From positions 62,001-126,000 of the forward strand of contig NIVC01001917.1 of the NCBI GenBank assembly GCA_002269645.1: 64,000 nucleotides of DNA, written 5' to 3'. This document shows, piece by piece, positions 23,314 to 35,600 of this stretch (positions within the stretch are counted from its first letter, which is position 1; the number at the start of each line of letters is the position of its first letter). This DNA is from Macrostomum lignano (Eukaryota). The notes below the pieces were generated by a model. That model was not told the DNA's origin, did not search any database, and saw only the letters and a program-made list of their open reading frames with translations. A program made the translations under genes and the position numbers.

Positions 23314-25194
23314 ACTCTGAAGTTGACAAGGTTTGACAACTGAATGATATTGCAATATGTAGTTAATTGCACTATACAAGTACACAGTCAAGGTTTCTGC
23401 TGGAGTTATAAGTACAGCCTATAGGATGCTTATGCCAAGCAACAAAATTTAACACAGGAAAAACATTACTTATTATTCATTTCAAGGCTCAACCATTGCT
23501 GTTAATGAAAGGCCAAAAAAGCATATGGTCACTGTGCTATGCATCAGTGGCATTACAAAGGTTCAAGGATTAAAGGAAGTTTTGGCTGAAGGCACTATTT
23601 CTGACTGTGATACTGATGGTGCCACGTGCCATCAATTTAGCTAACAAGTATGACCAAAGATGCAGTCCAAATGCAGAATCCAATGGTAAAGCTATTGATG
23701 GTGGATCTAAACAAGGGTTTATTGTAGATTTAAAAGGTTGATTTATTACAAGAAAAAATGGTTAAATCGATTAAATTAAGTTTGAACAAAATCGGTTAAG
23801 CCATTTTTGCTAAAATCAATCACATACCTACCTACCTACCTAGATACCAACAGACCATTTTAAGTACATTGGAAGTTTTGCTAACACCTACACAAGCAAT
23901 GTCATGCTGGTATCTGCAACCTGCCTATGCCTTTTGTTAAACATTGTGAATTTTCTACTATGTTTATTATTGTGCATTTCCCACAAATGTTGTGCAGTCA
24001 TTGTTACTTATATTCTTTACACTATGCTAGTTACATTTTGAATAAATTTGTTGCCTATTATGAATAAAACTAATTTGTTTTATACTATTAGTTGCATTGT
24101 TTTTTCTTTAGCACTGTCCTTCTAGAATAGGCAACAAGTAATTAACAGTATTATTTAGCAATATCTTTATTGACTGCAATGTTTTACACAGCTTTCTTTG
24201 TGTTTCAGTTTTGGTCTAACTCTATTTTTATATTAAAATACTCATTAAAATCAAGCTTATCTGTCATGTAGTAATTTTTAAATACAAATTATGTAGCAAT
24301 CTAAATTATACAAATGACTTCAAATAATATTTCTTCATTCTTTTAACTTCACAGACTTTTCTATAGGCAAGTTTAGTTTCTGCTATTATATTTTAACTTG
24401 TATCTAATAAGAGCAGCCATTCAGTTGTACAAAACAATATACTTGTGGCATGCAGGGAACAACCTGTGCAGTCATCTGCAGACCAAAGGAAGACTAAAAG
24501 GTTGCCATAAATCAAACAACAACTTGAAATATCTTGCACAAAATCTTACAAGATCTTAAGAAATTCTTATGATATCTTACAAAATTACAAGAAAAATTAA
24601 AATTTAATTAAATTATAAAATAAAATTAAAATTACTTAGAAAAAAATAGATAACTTTCTTCAATTTTTCTTGCAAAATCCTGTCAGATCATATTAGATCT
24701 GCAGAAAAAATTTCAAGTTAGGCAAAAAGTATAATAATATTAAAGTAAGATTTGCTGAGTTTGCTCAAGTCATTATTAATCTTGATATAATAGGTGGAGC
24801 TTGGCATCACCCCTATTTCTAATAGGACATACACTAGTTGATAGCTGTTACAATTGTTGATACAACACCACCTTTTCCATTTGTTTCTCTCTGATGCAAC
24901 TTTCTTAGTCATTTCTTTAGTTTATCTGCACTTATCTTTGTTTACTTTGTTTTCTCCCTATTGGTCTAGTTCAGTCTTGTTATTTTTATTTCTCTCCCTC
25001 ATTGCCTTCTGATTGGCTCTTCAACCTTGCCTCTTTTAGTTGTATATTCTACCCCTTCTTTTATTTTCACTCCCCTGTCTTATAATTATACTTGTTTTGG
25101 GCCCAGTGCTACACTTACTGTTCTCTTTCAATTCCAATAAAGTAGTCTCTTATTTTCTCCACACTTATACTATAATTATATATTTACTGTCTCA

Positions 25195-26900
25195 ATGGCT
25201 ACTGCACTTTCTTGCAATGTTGCTTTTTCCATGGAATTTGAGAATGAATACCAGAAAATTTTGCTTAATGACACTTACTTAAATTGTTATGGAATTGAGA
25301 AAGACAAGTTGATAAAAGAAGGCAAAGAAGAAAAAGCCATAGAAACAAAAGAAGTTGGTAATGTACCAGAGTGGCAGTTGGTTCAGGCTAGAATAGATGC
25401 TATGCCAAATAAAGCTGAATTTTTGGGAATACTAGGGGTTTGCCAAGATTGGATGCCTCCAACTTTAGCTAATGGAAACAAAGAGGAATTTCTGAGTCTA
25501 TATCTCACTAATGGAATTATTGCAAGTATGAAGACCTGGACAAATTGTAGGGCATAGAAGATTTTTGAGGAGTGCATTAATGCACTAGTTGTCAAAGCTA
25601 GCAAAGAACTGGAAAGATTGCACAAATGATAAGGTGAGGAAGCTATTCAGGATTGTTCTGTTGATAGGCATAGACAAAAAGCCAAATATCAGAAGTTACT
25701 AGAGCCAAGACCCTCTATTACTCCTTTCTGTCCATGCCCAATGCCTTCTTAAGAGATAGATTCAAGCAGCTGCTTTATTGCCTTTGTTTCTATGACTGCA
25801 TAGATGTCTAGGAAAGGCCATTGGCCAAAATCTAGCCATTTTTATACTAGCTGCAACAAGTATGCAGCAACAACTATATGCCATGCTAGCATTTTTCTAT
25901 TAACAAAATTCTAGTCTTGTACAAAGGGTGCCTCATATTCAAGCAGTATATCCCAACTAAGAAGAGCAGGTATGGGGTCAAACTTTACTACCTATGTGAG
26001 TTAAAGACTGGCTACTTATAGAATTTAGCAATTCACTCCACAGAACATGCAAATGTATATTTTGGACTAGGACTCAACTGTAGCAGCCTTTCTGTTGATA
26101 AGCAAAATTTGGCCAAGCTATACTGTGAACTCTAACATTAACTACAATGTATTTATAGATAGCTGGTTAATGTTGCATTGGCTGCTAGCAAATAGAACTT
26201 GGCTCATAGACCAAGCAATCAATGAATCCCACTATTGCTGCAGCAACTACAATTGCAACCAACTGCGGCAGCTTTTGTGAGGAATGGCAAGGTGTTTGCT
26301 TGTAAGTTTGTGGACAAGAAGAGCAGTAAGACAAAGTCTATATATCTCCTAGACACTGCTAGGCAGGCTGCCTATGTGAACTTACCATGTGTCTATTGGA
26401 AAGGCAAGCAGTAGGTGGTTTTAAAGCCATTGACAATGGTCATATACTCAAAGAGCATAGATGGCATAGACTATATGGATTAAGCAACAAACCCTTACCT
26501 GGCCAGTTGCTTGTTTTAGAAACTTGGATTTTGCTTATTACTGCTTCTGGTCTAGAATTTTTAGATTGTCTACCATTAGCATGGAGGTACCAAGACTTGT
26601 GGCATTTCTAGGAAAAGCAATCAGTATCCTGGAGGAGGAGGAGACTAGCAGAGGCAAGTGCCATTTCACTATCAGGGTAGGCCATCCCATAGCAATTAGA
26701 CCTATAGGTGATGGCCTTATAGTATAACATTTGCTAACCAAAGCTCTATTGAAATGCTACATATGTTTGGCTACACAATCAATGCCATATATCAAACAAG
26801 AACCAAATTGAAAACAGTACCCTGATTGTCTAGGAATGCTAGCACTTTGAATAAGCCAGTATTTTAGGAATAGGCATGGCCAACCACATTGGCTATTATA
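25195..26900 (+). pseudogene. Decayed piggyBac (PGBD4-like) transposase
   Basis: Manual translation across stops and shifts: LLIGIDKKPNIRSY*SQDPL; RDRFKQLLYCL; SINKILVLYKGCLIFKQYIPTKKSRYGVKLYYLCELKTGYL*N (cf. IDESLLLFKGRL.FKQYIP.KR.RFG.KLY.LCES.TGY); NVFIDSW; KP...YSKSIDGIDYMD*; Cys-rich tail YPDCLGMLAL*...YFRNRH. Possible right end is a triplicated caaaaggttaa at ~27820-27870. Left end not found. Confidence 0.88.
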
Positions 26901-28249
26901 AACATTCTTATCATTATATATTTTCTCTTACATCCCTGTATGGCTTTGCCTTATTTATTTCTAACCTTTTCTTTGATCTCGCAGTCGTCCTTTAGCTTCT
27001 ATCCCCTTATAAAAAATTCAAATAATTTTTAGGGAATACCCAAACAAAGTGGGTTTCTATTTTTATGGTGTCTTTCTATCCATATTTCAATATTTTCTTC
27101 TCCTATTCCTATTTTATTTTTACTTTCACTTGTTTCAAGTTAATATAAAGTTAGTGCCTTCTATTTTAGAGACAAAAGTGATTGGAAATGACAGTGCAAC
27201 ACAGTTGTAGTTTTAACCAAAATATAGTTTTAAGTTTTTTTGTGGCAGTAAAAGTTGGCCTTTATAACTTTGCAAGGTCTAGTTTCTAATAGTAGGTTGT
27301 AGTGCTTATTTTAGCTTGCCCCATATAAATTTTTTCTAGATCTGCCCTTGCTAACCACTAGGCTATAATATCTACCTATAACTTATATATTATTTCTATA
27401 AAATATATCTGCCAAATATTTTTGGCAGATAATTTGGTTGCTTTTTCATCTTCCTTGCTAATACTATCTTTACTAGAAAAGTAATATGGATAAACATTAG
27501 TTTAAATACTATATTACAAGCTTAAAACTAGAAACTTCAGAAAAAGCTTAAAATTTATACTTAAAATAAACTTTTTGAAATGAATTTGAAATGGCTATAG
27601 TTATACCACTTTGCAAAATTTTCTATTAAGATAATATAATTATAATAGAGTCTGGACTAGACAAAGCATAGCATACTGGCACTATGCACTAGGCCTAAGA
27701 TTTATTGTTTAGTAGTAGTAGTAGTAGTAGTAAGTTGGCTCAGGCAAGAAGCCTGTTTGGCCAGTATATTTCTGTGTATTTAAGATATTTTAGCATTAGT
27801 TGTTTAATTATGATTAAGTTCAAAAGGTTAAATTTGTTCAAAAGGTTAAATTTGTTCAAAAGGTTAAATTTTTACATGAGTTACAATGTGAGTTACAATA
27901 TTTGTAAAATTATTAAGGTATTTGAAAGAGCGTTTTTTTTGTAAAAAGATGTAGTATTTTGCAAGCGCGCAATATTTCAAAGCGTGAAAAACGAACATGA
28001 ACATACTTTGAAAGAACTTTACGTTTAACAAATAACAACGATTTAAATAGGTATTAGATAGGAAACTAATTAAATACTAATTAAATGCTGATAAATAATG
28101 AATAAAGACGATTTAAATAGGTATTAGATGGGAAACTAATTAAATACTAATTAAATGCTAATTAAATACAATAGGAAATTAAAAAGACAGTAAATGAATA
28201 AACAAATGAAAAGCAGATTTATTACACTGCTGATATATTTGTTTCAGTT

Positions 28250-28730
28250 TGCATAACTGTTTTAGCTATTCATGACTTCATATATTTTAGCTACACCAGT
28301 GAGCTCTTTTCTGACTCTTTTCATTTGTAGCATATCCTAACTTGTGTACTTGCTTGTCATTTAAGAGGTACTGATAGAAGTATTTTTTCTGATCTTTTCA
28401 GTTTGTGGACATTCGGTCAAGTAGTGTAGGATATCGGAACCATTTCTCGCTCCACACAGTCTACATGCTTCATGAGATAAAATGTTGGGTGTAATTTCGC
28501 ATTTCAGTTTTAGGAAGGTTGTTAGGAATTTTTTGTTTCTAAAAGTGCATGGAAAGTAATCTGAAAGGTCGGGCCTGCAGATTTTTTTGTAGAGATAGGC
28601 GTTTTTGTAGAGTTTAATATGTTGCTGATTCTCTAGCTTTTGGCTAAGTTCTCTTTCTCTGTGTATCTTGAGGTGCTTTTTCACTATTTCTCGTTATTAA
28701 AGCTTTGGGAAAGTTTTCTACGAATCCAAA
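28250..28730 (-). mobile_element. 3' fragment of a non-LTR (LINE) retrotransposon ORF2
   Basis: ORF 28361-28684 carries the C-terminal CCHC-type motif CRLCG...DILHYLTECP typical of LINE ORF2 ends, followed by AT-rich 3' sequence. Confidence 0.7.
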
Positions 28731-29679
28731 ATTTAGGGCGTTTTTTGTATAAAATACTTTAATTAATTTATTGTAGTTTTAATATATTTTTGTTTTTTAG
28801 TAAAATTATTGTAGTTATGCAGCAATTAAGTGCTAATTTAAAAAAATTGTTTTTAGATTTGTTTTAGCTAAGATATTATTAAAACCGCGTTATTTCAATT
28901 TTTGACGCGCTTTTGAATCGACTTCTAGATTAGCGTGCTTTTCAATCATTATCCCTGATAAAGACCTGGTAAAAATTAAACATCATTAAACAACCTATAA
29001 TATAACGCAATCACAGTCGTTTGATCTGTCAGCCTTATAAAAACATGTGAGTTTTCTCTCAAAAAACATCATGAGTTGTATGATGAACTCTAATTTATCT
29101 AAATATACTAAATCTCTCATATTAGTTTGTTTGTATGTCCATGACGCTCTACAGATTGCAATTCTTGACCAATTTTAATTGCGTTTTCGCCAAAATTTAG
29201 ATACTATAGTTGTTGAAATCCGCAGACTTTGAAACTGCTGAATTCGAATCAATGGAGCTATTTTTGCATCTGTCTAACTCTAAAGCATGCGTTGGCAAAC
29301 GCTGGCTTCTGGCTTCTGCCAGCTCTCTCTACGTCCCTCAAGTCCTTTGAAACTTCTCTCCTCTTTGCTCTCTTCTCTCTTCTCTTTCCTCTCTCCTTTC
29401 TTTTCCCATCTTATCTATCATATCATCTCGTCTTCTCTCCTCTCTCTCTTCTCTTTGCTCACTGCTCTCTTTTCTCTTCTCTTTTCTCACTCCTCTACCA
29501 AGGTTTAGTTTACAGCTACAGCTATTTCATATCAGAAATTGGATATGTCGAAAAGGATGTTAAATACATGTAAAAACTGTCATATGCCTCTCACTAAATT
29601 TATTTTCAGAGAAATGACGGGTGAAACTTTATAATATCTACTTCTGGTGACTGATATATTTCTAGATTGTTTCGTAATC

Positions 29680-32600
29680 ATGTCGAGTCCAGTGCATGAG
29701 AAGAGTGAAAGTCTAAACAATAATGACGAGGATTTGAGTGAAAGTTTATTGAATACGGAAGAAGAAGCAATTACTGAAGCGTCAAAGGATAGTGTGCCTA
29801 AGCCAATATTCCAGGGCGATCGGCTTTCAGCGGAAGGCACCATTGTTGGACACCGCAAGAAAGAAGTGTCCTTCTTAGCAACATCGAATGAACCAAAAAT
29901 TAAGGTCGTCGATGGTAAGTATCGGTTGGTATAGTGCAGTGTAGTCAATAAGCATAATTTATTCATTTTATTAGTGTTTTAGGCACTGCAACAATAGAAA
30001 TCTTTTATATCTACGCGCTATCTAACAAATTATACTTAAAAATATTTTCTGCATTTTTTCATAGTTTCGCGTCTCAAATCAGCCTTAAATTGAGTTCAAG
30101 TCCGATGCAGCGGTAGCCTTGCTTTGTGCACAAACCATTTGAATCACACGTACGGACTACACACAGATCAAAACTAAAAACAACTATCGTCAAAATAATA
30201 ACTTCATCATAAAGGTATAACCCCTCATAATCATAAAGGTATAACCCCTCATAATCATAAAGGTATAACCCCTCATAATCATAAAGGTATAACCCCTCAT
30301 AATCATGGATCATCCTGTTCCAATCTAAGGCTTCATTCCCCTAAATATTTGCAGCACTCGACTGTCTCAACTATATACAAGAGGGCACAGAGATGTTCAA
30401 AATTAGGTCGAACGGCCGGCACTACAAGCGCCACTTCTACCTTGACCTGGAGGCCATGGAAATTCGTTGGTGGCCATCGTCTAAGAAGCCGCACAAAGCT
30501 GCAGGTGAACTTGTCAACCGCACGAAGACCCCCCTTCCCCTCATTTAGCGGTTTTGTTGTTTTTCTTTCTAAAAATACCGCTTTTTATTTTCCTGACGGA
30601 GCCAGCAGCAACAGCTATATGGAAAACAGTTTAGCGTGCATGAGGCCGCGTGGCGGTGTCAACAGGATGCTATAAGATATATGGGAATCGATATTGCAGG
30701 GCCAGCCACGCCCCAGCAGCCAACGCCCGGTGCGTCTCCTGTAGGCGCCACCGATCTTGGCCAGTCTGAGTACCTCCTTCCCGCATCATCATGGACAAAC
30801 TCTGCTCGGCTGCGCTGACACACACACACACACCAGACACACACACACCACACTGTAGATACTCGCGGGTGGCGGGTTTGGGTAACTCAGAATACCTATT
30901 CCCCAATCCCCTATTTTGTGTGTGTGTGTGTGTGTGTGTGTTTGTGCATTAGGCATTTCTTGGGACAAGCGTGTATAAACTGACCCGTGCTATTAGGACC
31001 AAAAATGTGTTGGGCCAGGCCCAATATGTGCGTCCCGACACTTCTAAAAATCAAGGCTACTAAATTAAAAAAATATTCGTTCGAACCGTCGTTCGATTCC
31101 CTTTTCAGAAACCAAACAACAGAAACCATATTTCTTACGATACATGAGTAATTTAGCGATTAACAATGTCCCAACAGGTTAGGAAAATCATGCAAAACCA
31201 TTTTTGGTTCAATAGAACAATTGGGACTTTAATCATACTTTCATGTCTCGTCTTTTTATCATGTAATATTCTAAAAGGTCTACTTAAAGTAAAGCTGAAT
31301 GCTTAATAAGGAGCCTGTCTAAAGCTGAAGAGATCAGATATCATTTGGCAGCGTGGTCGTGGCTACATAAGTTTTCCAGGATGTTTTGCTGTAAGAACTG
31401 TTAGTTTATCTCATATACACTCTAATCTATAAAATTCTACATTCTAATTGTAAAATTTTCAACTCTGAAGTATACTAAAATTGGGACAATGTTCAACACT
31501 ACTAACACTTAGTAACTTTATCGCTCCACTACAGGTGTATTGTTTCTATTGTTCCAACGTACTCTTCTCCCTATTTCACCTATCAGCGATTCGCGAGCAT
31601 ATTAATATAGAGCTTAAAATTTTAACAACCACAATTAAAATTCTTGCATTCTTTTTCTTACGGAGAGATTACAGAGCAAAATAAGCCCCTAGGCCTCAAT
31701 CCCTCTCTCACAAAACGTTTTGGCCAGGCTAAACAGCTTGGTAAAGAACTTTGTCCCAGCTTCGATCGATAATCGAGCTAACGCGCGTGTGTACATTCTG
31801 AAGTGTGGGGACACGCACAAATAAAACCCAATCAACCTTCTCTCCAGGCCAATTGAGTGTACATTCAGAAGTGTTAGGACAGCCAAGCCACCCCTATTTA
31901 GAGCCCCCACAAACCTCTTTCAAAGGCCAATCGGAAGAACCAAACTAAATCTAGATTGAGACAATTTTGTACAATACATTGACTTCCCGATACTATTCTA
32001 TTTACTATAAGCCATTCTGAATTTGATCTAGTCAAAATACTCGTAGCTACATACTTAAAACAATGCGGCAGAAGGCCGCTAAGAAGCTGAAGGCCCAAAG
32101 AAAAGTAAGAAAGAGGCCACTAGAGGTTAATGGCCATGCCAACCGAAGAGTGGAAGTGAAATTTGATAAAAGGCATCCCGCCTACGGCCAGACCAACGTT
32201 GTATATCTAAGCGACCTAAAGTTTAAAGGTCAACTATGCCATGGAACACGAGTCGTGATGCAGTGGAAGGGAAAGGAGTGGAGCGGCACGGTGACTAACA
32301 TGTAAGTGACATTAAAAAAACTATATCTTCCTATACTAGTCTTATTGATTTCTAAATAACACAATTACGTGCACACTGTACTTTGCGTAAATTAACACAA
32401 ATATGTAATTTACTGCAGATACATTGATGCAGACCCACTACCGTTTGAAGCCGTTACTAAAGGGCTACCAACTCTAACAGGTATGTATGCCTATGTTAAA
32501 CATTCAATTACTTATCCACGAAGAGTATACTCATAAAGACTATCAATCTTACTTCTTACTTATCAATGCCCGAAAAAATAGCAATGATGTTTAGGTGAAA

Positions 32601-35600
32601 AGAGATCCCTTAAATCAATTTTCAATTTTATAGAGGAACAATTAGCAAATCGAAACGTCTCATATAGTGGCCGTGCGTTTGAAAAATACTACATTGGTAA
32701 GAAAAAACATAATACTCTAAATCTTAAATGTACCTCCGTAAAAGCCTTGAAATTCCCTTGAAAGCGAAAACTAAAACTTTGTAGAGATGGAAGAAAAGCA
32801 ATTTCGCAGCATCTTCAAGCTTAAAAAACATCGATCCAATGCAGGTACTTTGACTGCAGAAACTGTATTTCACATAGAAAAGCACATATTAACTATATTA
32901 TTTACACATCAAACGTAGAAAAGAAAAGCACAAAAAAAACATTTTTAGTGGCAACGGTCGGACAGAAAAACAAACACATTGCACTGGTATATACAAGCAA
33001 AGCTCAAATGTGGAGCAATCATTGGGACAACATTGTGCGGATGTGATGTTTGAGGCATTTATTGGGACGCACTTAATGGGACATGGAGTCTGTTATTTTT
33101 AACGCGGCTCTGGCTGTGACTAGAAAATGGTTCTTGTAGTTGAGCCAGCAAAGCATAGCTCTCTCTAAATAAACAAAACAGAATAGTAGCTTTCTAAGTA
33201 GCTCGAGTTTGAGTTTGGGAATCTGTGAAACTTTGCTCAGCCAATGATTACGTTCATGAAGTGTGTCTACACTACACAACTCCTTTCACACAGCTTCTGA
33301 AGTCGAGAGTTCCGCTGACGCGTCGCGGATTGAGCCCAACTTGAATGCGGTCTCCGCAAGCACAGACGCCACTGGTTCAAGCCTTGTCGCTGAACTAGCT
33401 AGTGCCATTCAGCCTGCTCAACAGCAGCCTCCAGCCGGCTTCAGCCAGACAGTTAGTCAGCTCCCAAGTGGTGCTACAGAAAGTCATTCAAGCGAAAGTG
33501 CAAATGCTAAGAGGAAACGGCGATCTGCTCAAGGTGAGCACTGCATGAGCATTGCTTTGTCTGCATGAAGGTACATGTACTTTAAGCGGGAGTGTTTGGG
33601 AGCCTTGGCAAATAAGGCAATGGATATTTTGGGCGGGCATCGGCAGGACAGAAAAACACATACACTTGGGCACTTATTGGGACAACATTGTGCGGATGTG
33701 ATGTTTGAGGCATTTATTGGGACGCACTTAATGGGACATGGAGTCTGTTATTTTTAACGCGGCTCTGGCTGTGACTAGAAAATGGTTCTTGTAGTTGAGC
33801 CAGCAAAGCATAGCTCTCTCTAAATAAACAAAACAGAATAGTAGCTTTCTAAGTAGCTCGAGTTTGAGTTTGGGAATCTGTGAAACTTTGCTCAGCCAAT
33901 GATTACGTTCATGAAGTGTGTCTACACTACACAACTCCTTTGACACAGCTTCTGAAGTCGAGAGTTCCGCTGACGCGTCGCGGATTGAGCCCAACTTGAA
34001 TGCGGTCTCCGCAAGCACAGACGCCACTGGTTCAAGCCTTGTCGCTGAACTAGCTAGTGCCATTCCGCCTGCTCAACAGCAGCCTCCAGCCGGCTTCAGC
34101 CAGACAGTTAGTCAGCTCCCAAGTGGTGCTACAGAAAGTCATTCAAGCGAAAGTGCAAATGCTAAGAGGAAACGGCGATCTGCTCAAGGTGAGCACTGCA
34201 TGAGCATTGCTTTGTCTGCATGAAGGTACATGTACTTTAAGCGGGAGTGTTTGGGAGCCTTGGCAAATAAGGCAATGGATATTTTGGGCGGGCATCGGCA
34301 GGACAGAAAAACACATACACTTGGGCACTTATTGGGACAACATTGTGCGGATGTGATGTTTGAGGCATTTATTGGGACGCACTTAATGGGACATGGAGTC
34401 TGTTATTTTTAACGCGGCTCTGGCTGTGACTAGAAAATGGTTCTTGTAGTTGAGCCAGCAAAGCATAGCTCTCTCTAAATAAACAAAACAGAATAGTAGC
34501 TTTCTAAGTAGCTCGAGTTTGAGTTTGGGAATCTGTGAAACTTTGCTCAGCCAATGATTACGTTCATGAAGTGTGTCTACACTACACAACTCCTTTGACA
34601 CAGCTTCTGAAGTCGAGAGTTCCGCTGACGCGTCGCGGATTGAGCCCAACTTGAATGCGGTCTCCGCAAGCACAGACGCCACTGGTTCAAGCCTTGTCGC
34701 TGAACTAGCTAGTGCCATTCCGCCTGCTCAACAGCAGCCTCCAGCCGGCTTCAGCCAGACAGTTAGTCAGCTCCCAAGTGGTGCTACAGAAAGTCATTCA
34801 AGCGAAAGTGCAAATGCTAAGAGGAAACGGCGATCTGCTCAAGGTGAGCACTGCATGAGCATTGCTTTGTCTGCATGAAGGTACATGTACTTTAAGCGGG
34901 AGTGTTTGGGAGCCTTGGCAAATAAGGCAATGGATATTTTGGGCGGGCATCGGCAGGACAGAAAAACACATACACTTGGGCACTTATTGGGACAACATTG
35001 TGCGGATGTGATGTTTGAGGCATTTATTGGGACGCACTTAATGGGACATGGAGTCTGTTATTTTTAACGCGGCTCTGGCTGTGACTAGAAAATGGTTCTT
35101 GTAGTTGAGCCAGCAAAGCATAGCTCTCTCTAAATAAACAAAACAGAATAGTAGCTTTCTAAGTAGCTCGAGTTTGAGTTTGGGAATCTGTGAAACTTTG
35201 CTCAGCCAATGATTACGTTCATGAAGTGTGTCTACACTACACAACTCCTTTGACACAGCTTCTGAAGTCGAGAGTTCCGCTGACGCGTCGCGGATTGAGC
35301 CCAACTTGAATGCGGTCTCCGCAAGCACAGACGCCACTGGTTCAAGCCTTGTCGCTGAACTAGCTAGTGCCATTCCGCCTGCTCAACAGCAGCCTCCAGC
35401 CGGCTTCAGCCAGACAGTTAGTCAGCTCCCAAGTGGTGCTACAGAAAGTCATTCAAGCGAAAGTGCAAATGCTAAGAGGAAACGGCGATCTGCTCAAGGT
35501 GAGCACTGCATGAGCATTGCTTTGTCTGCATGAAGGTACATGTACTTTAAGCGGGAGTGTTTGGGAGCCTTGGCAAATAAGGCAATGGATATTTTGGGCG

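Noticed and set aside
23400-25190. Left TTAA/CCC terminus of the piggyBac
   Set aside because: No convincing inverted match to the caaaaggttaa right-end candidate; the element's left boundary is undefined.
30636-30818. 60-aa GC-rich ORF in PLCL intron 2
   Set aside because: No recognisable domain or convincing splice pair; left unassigned.
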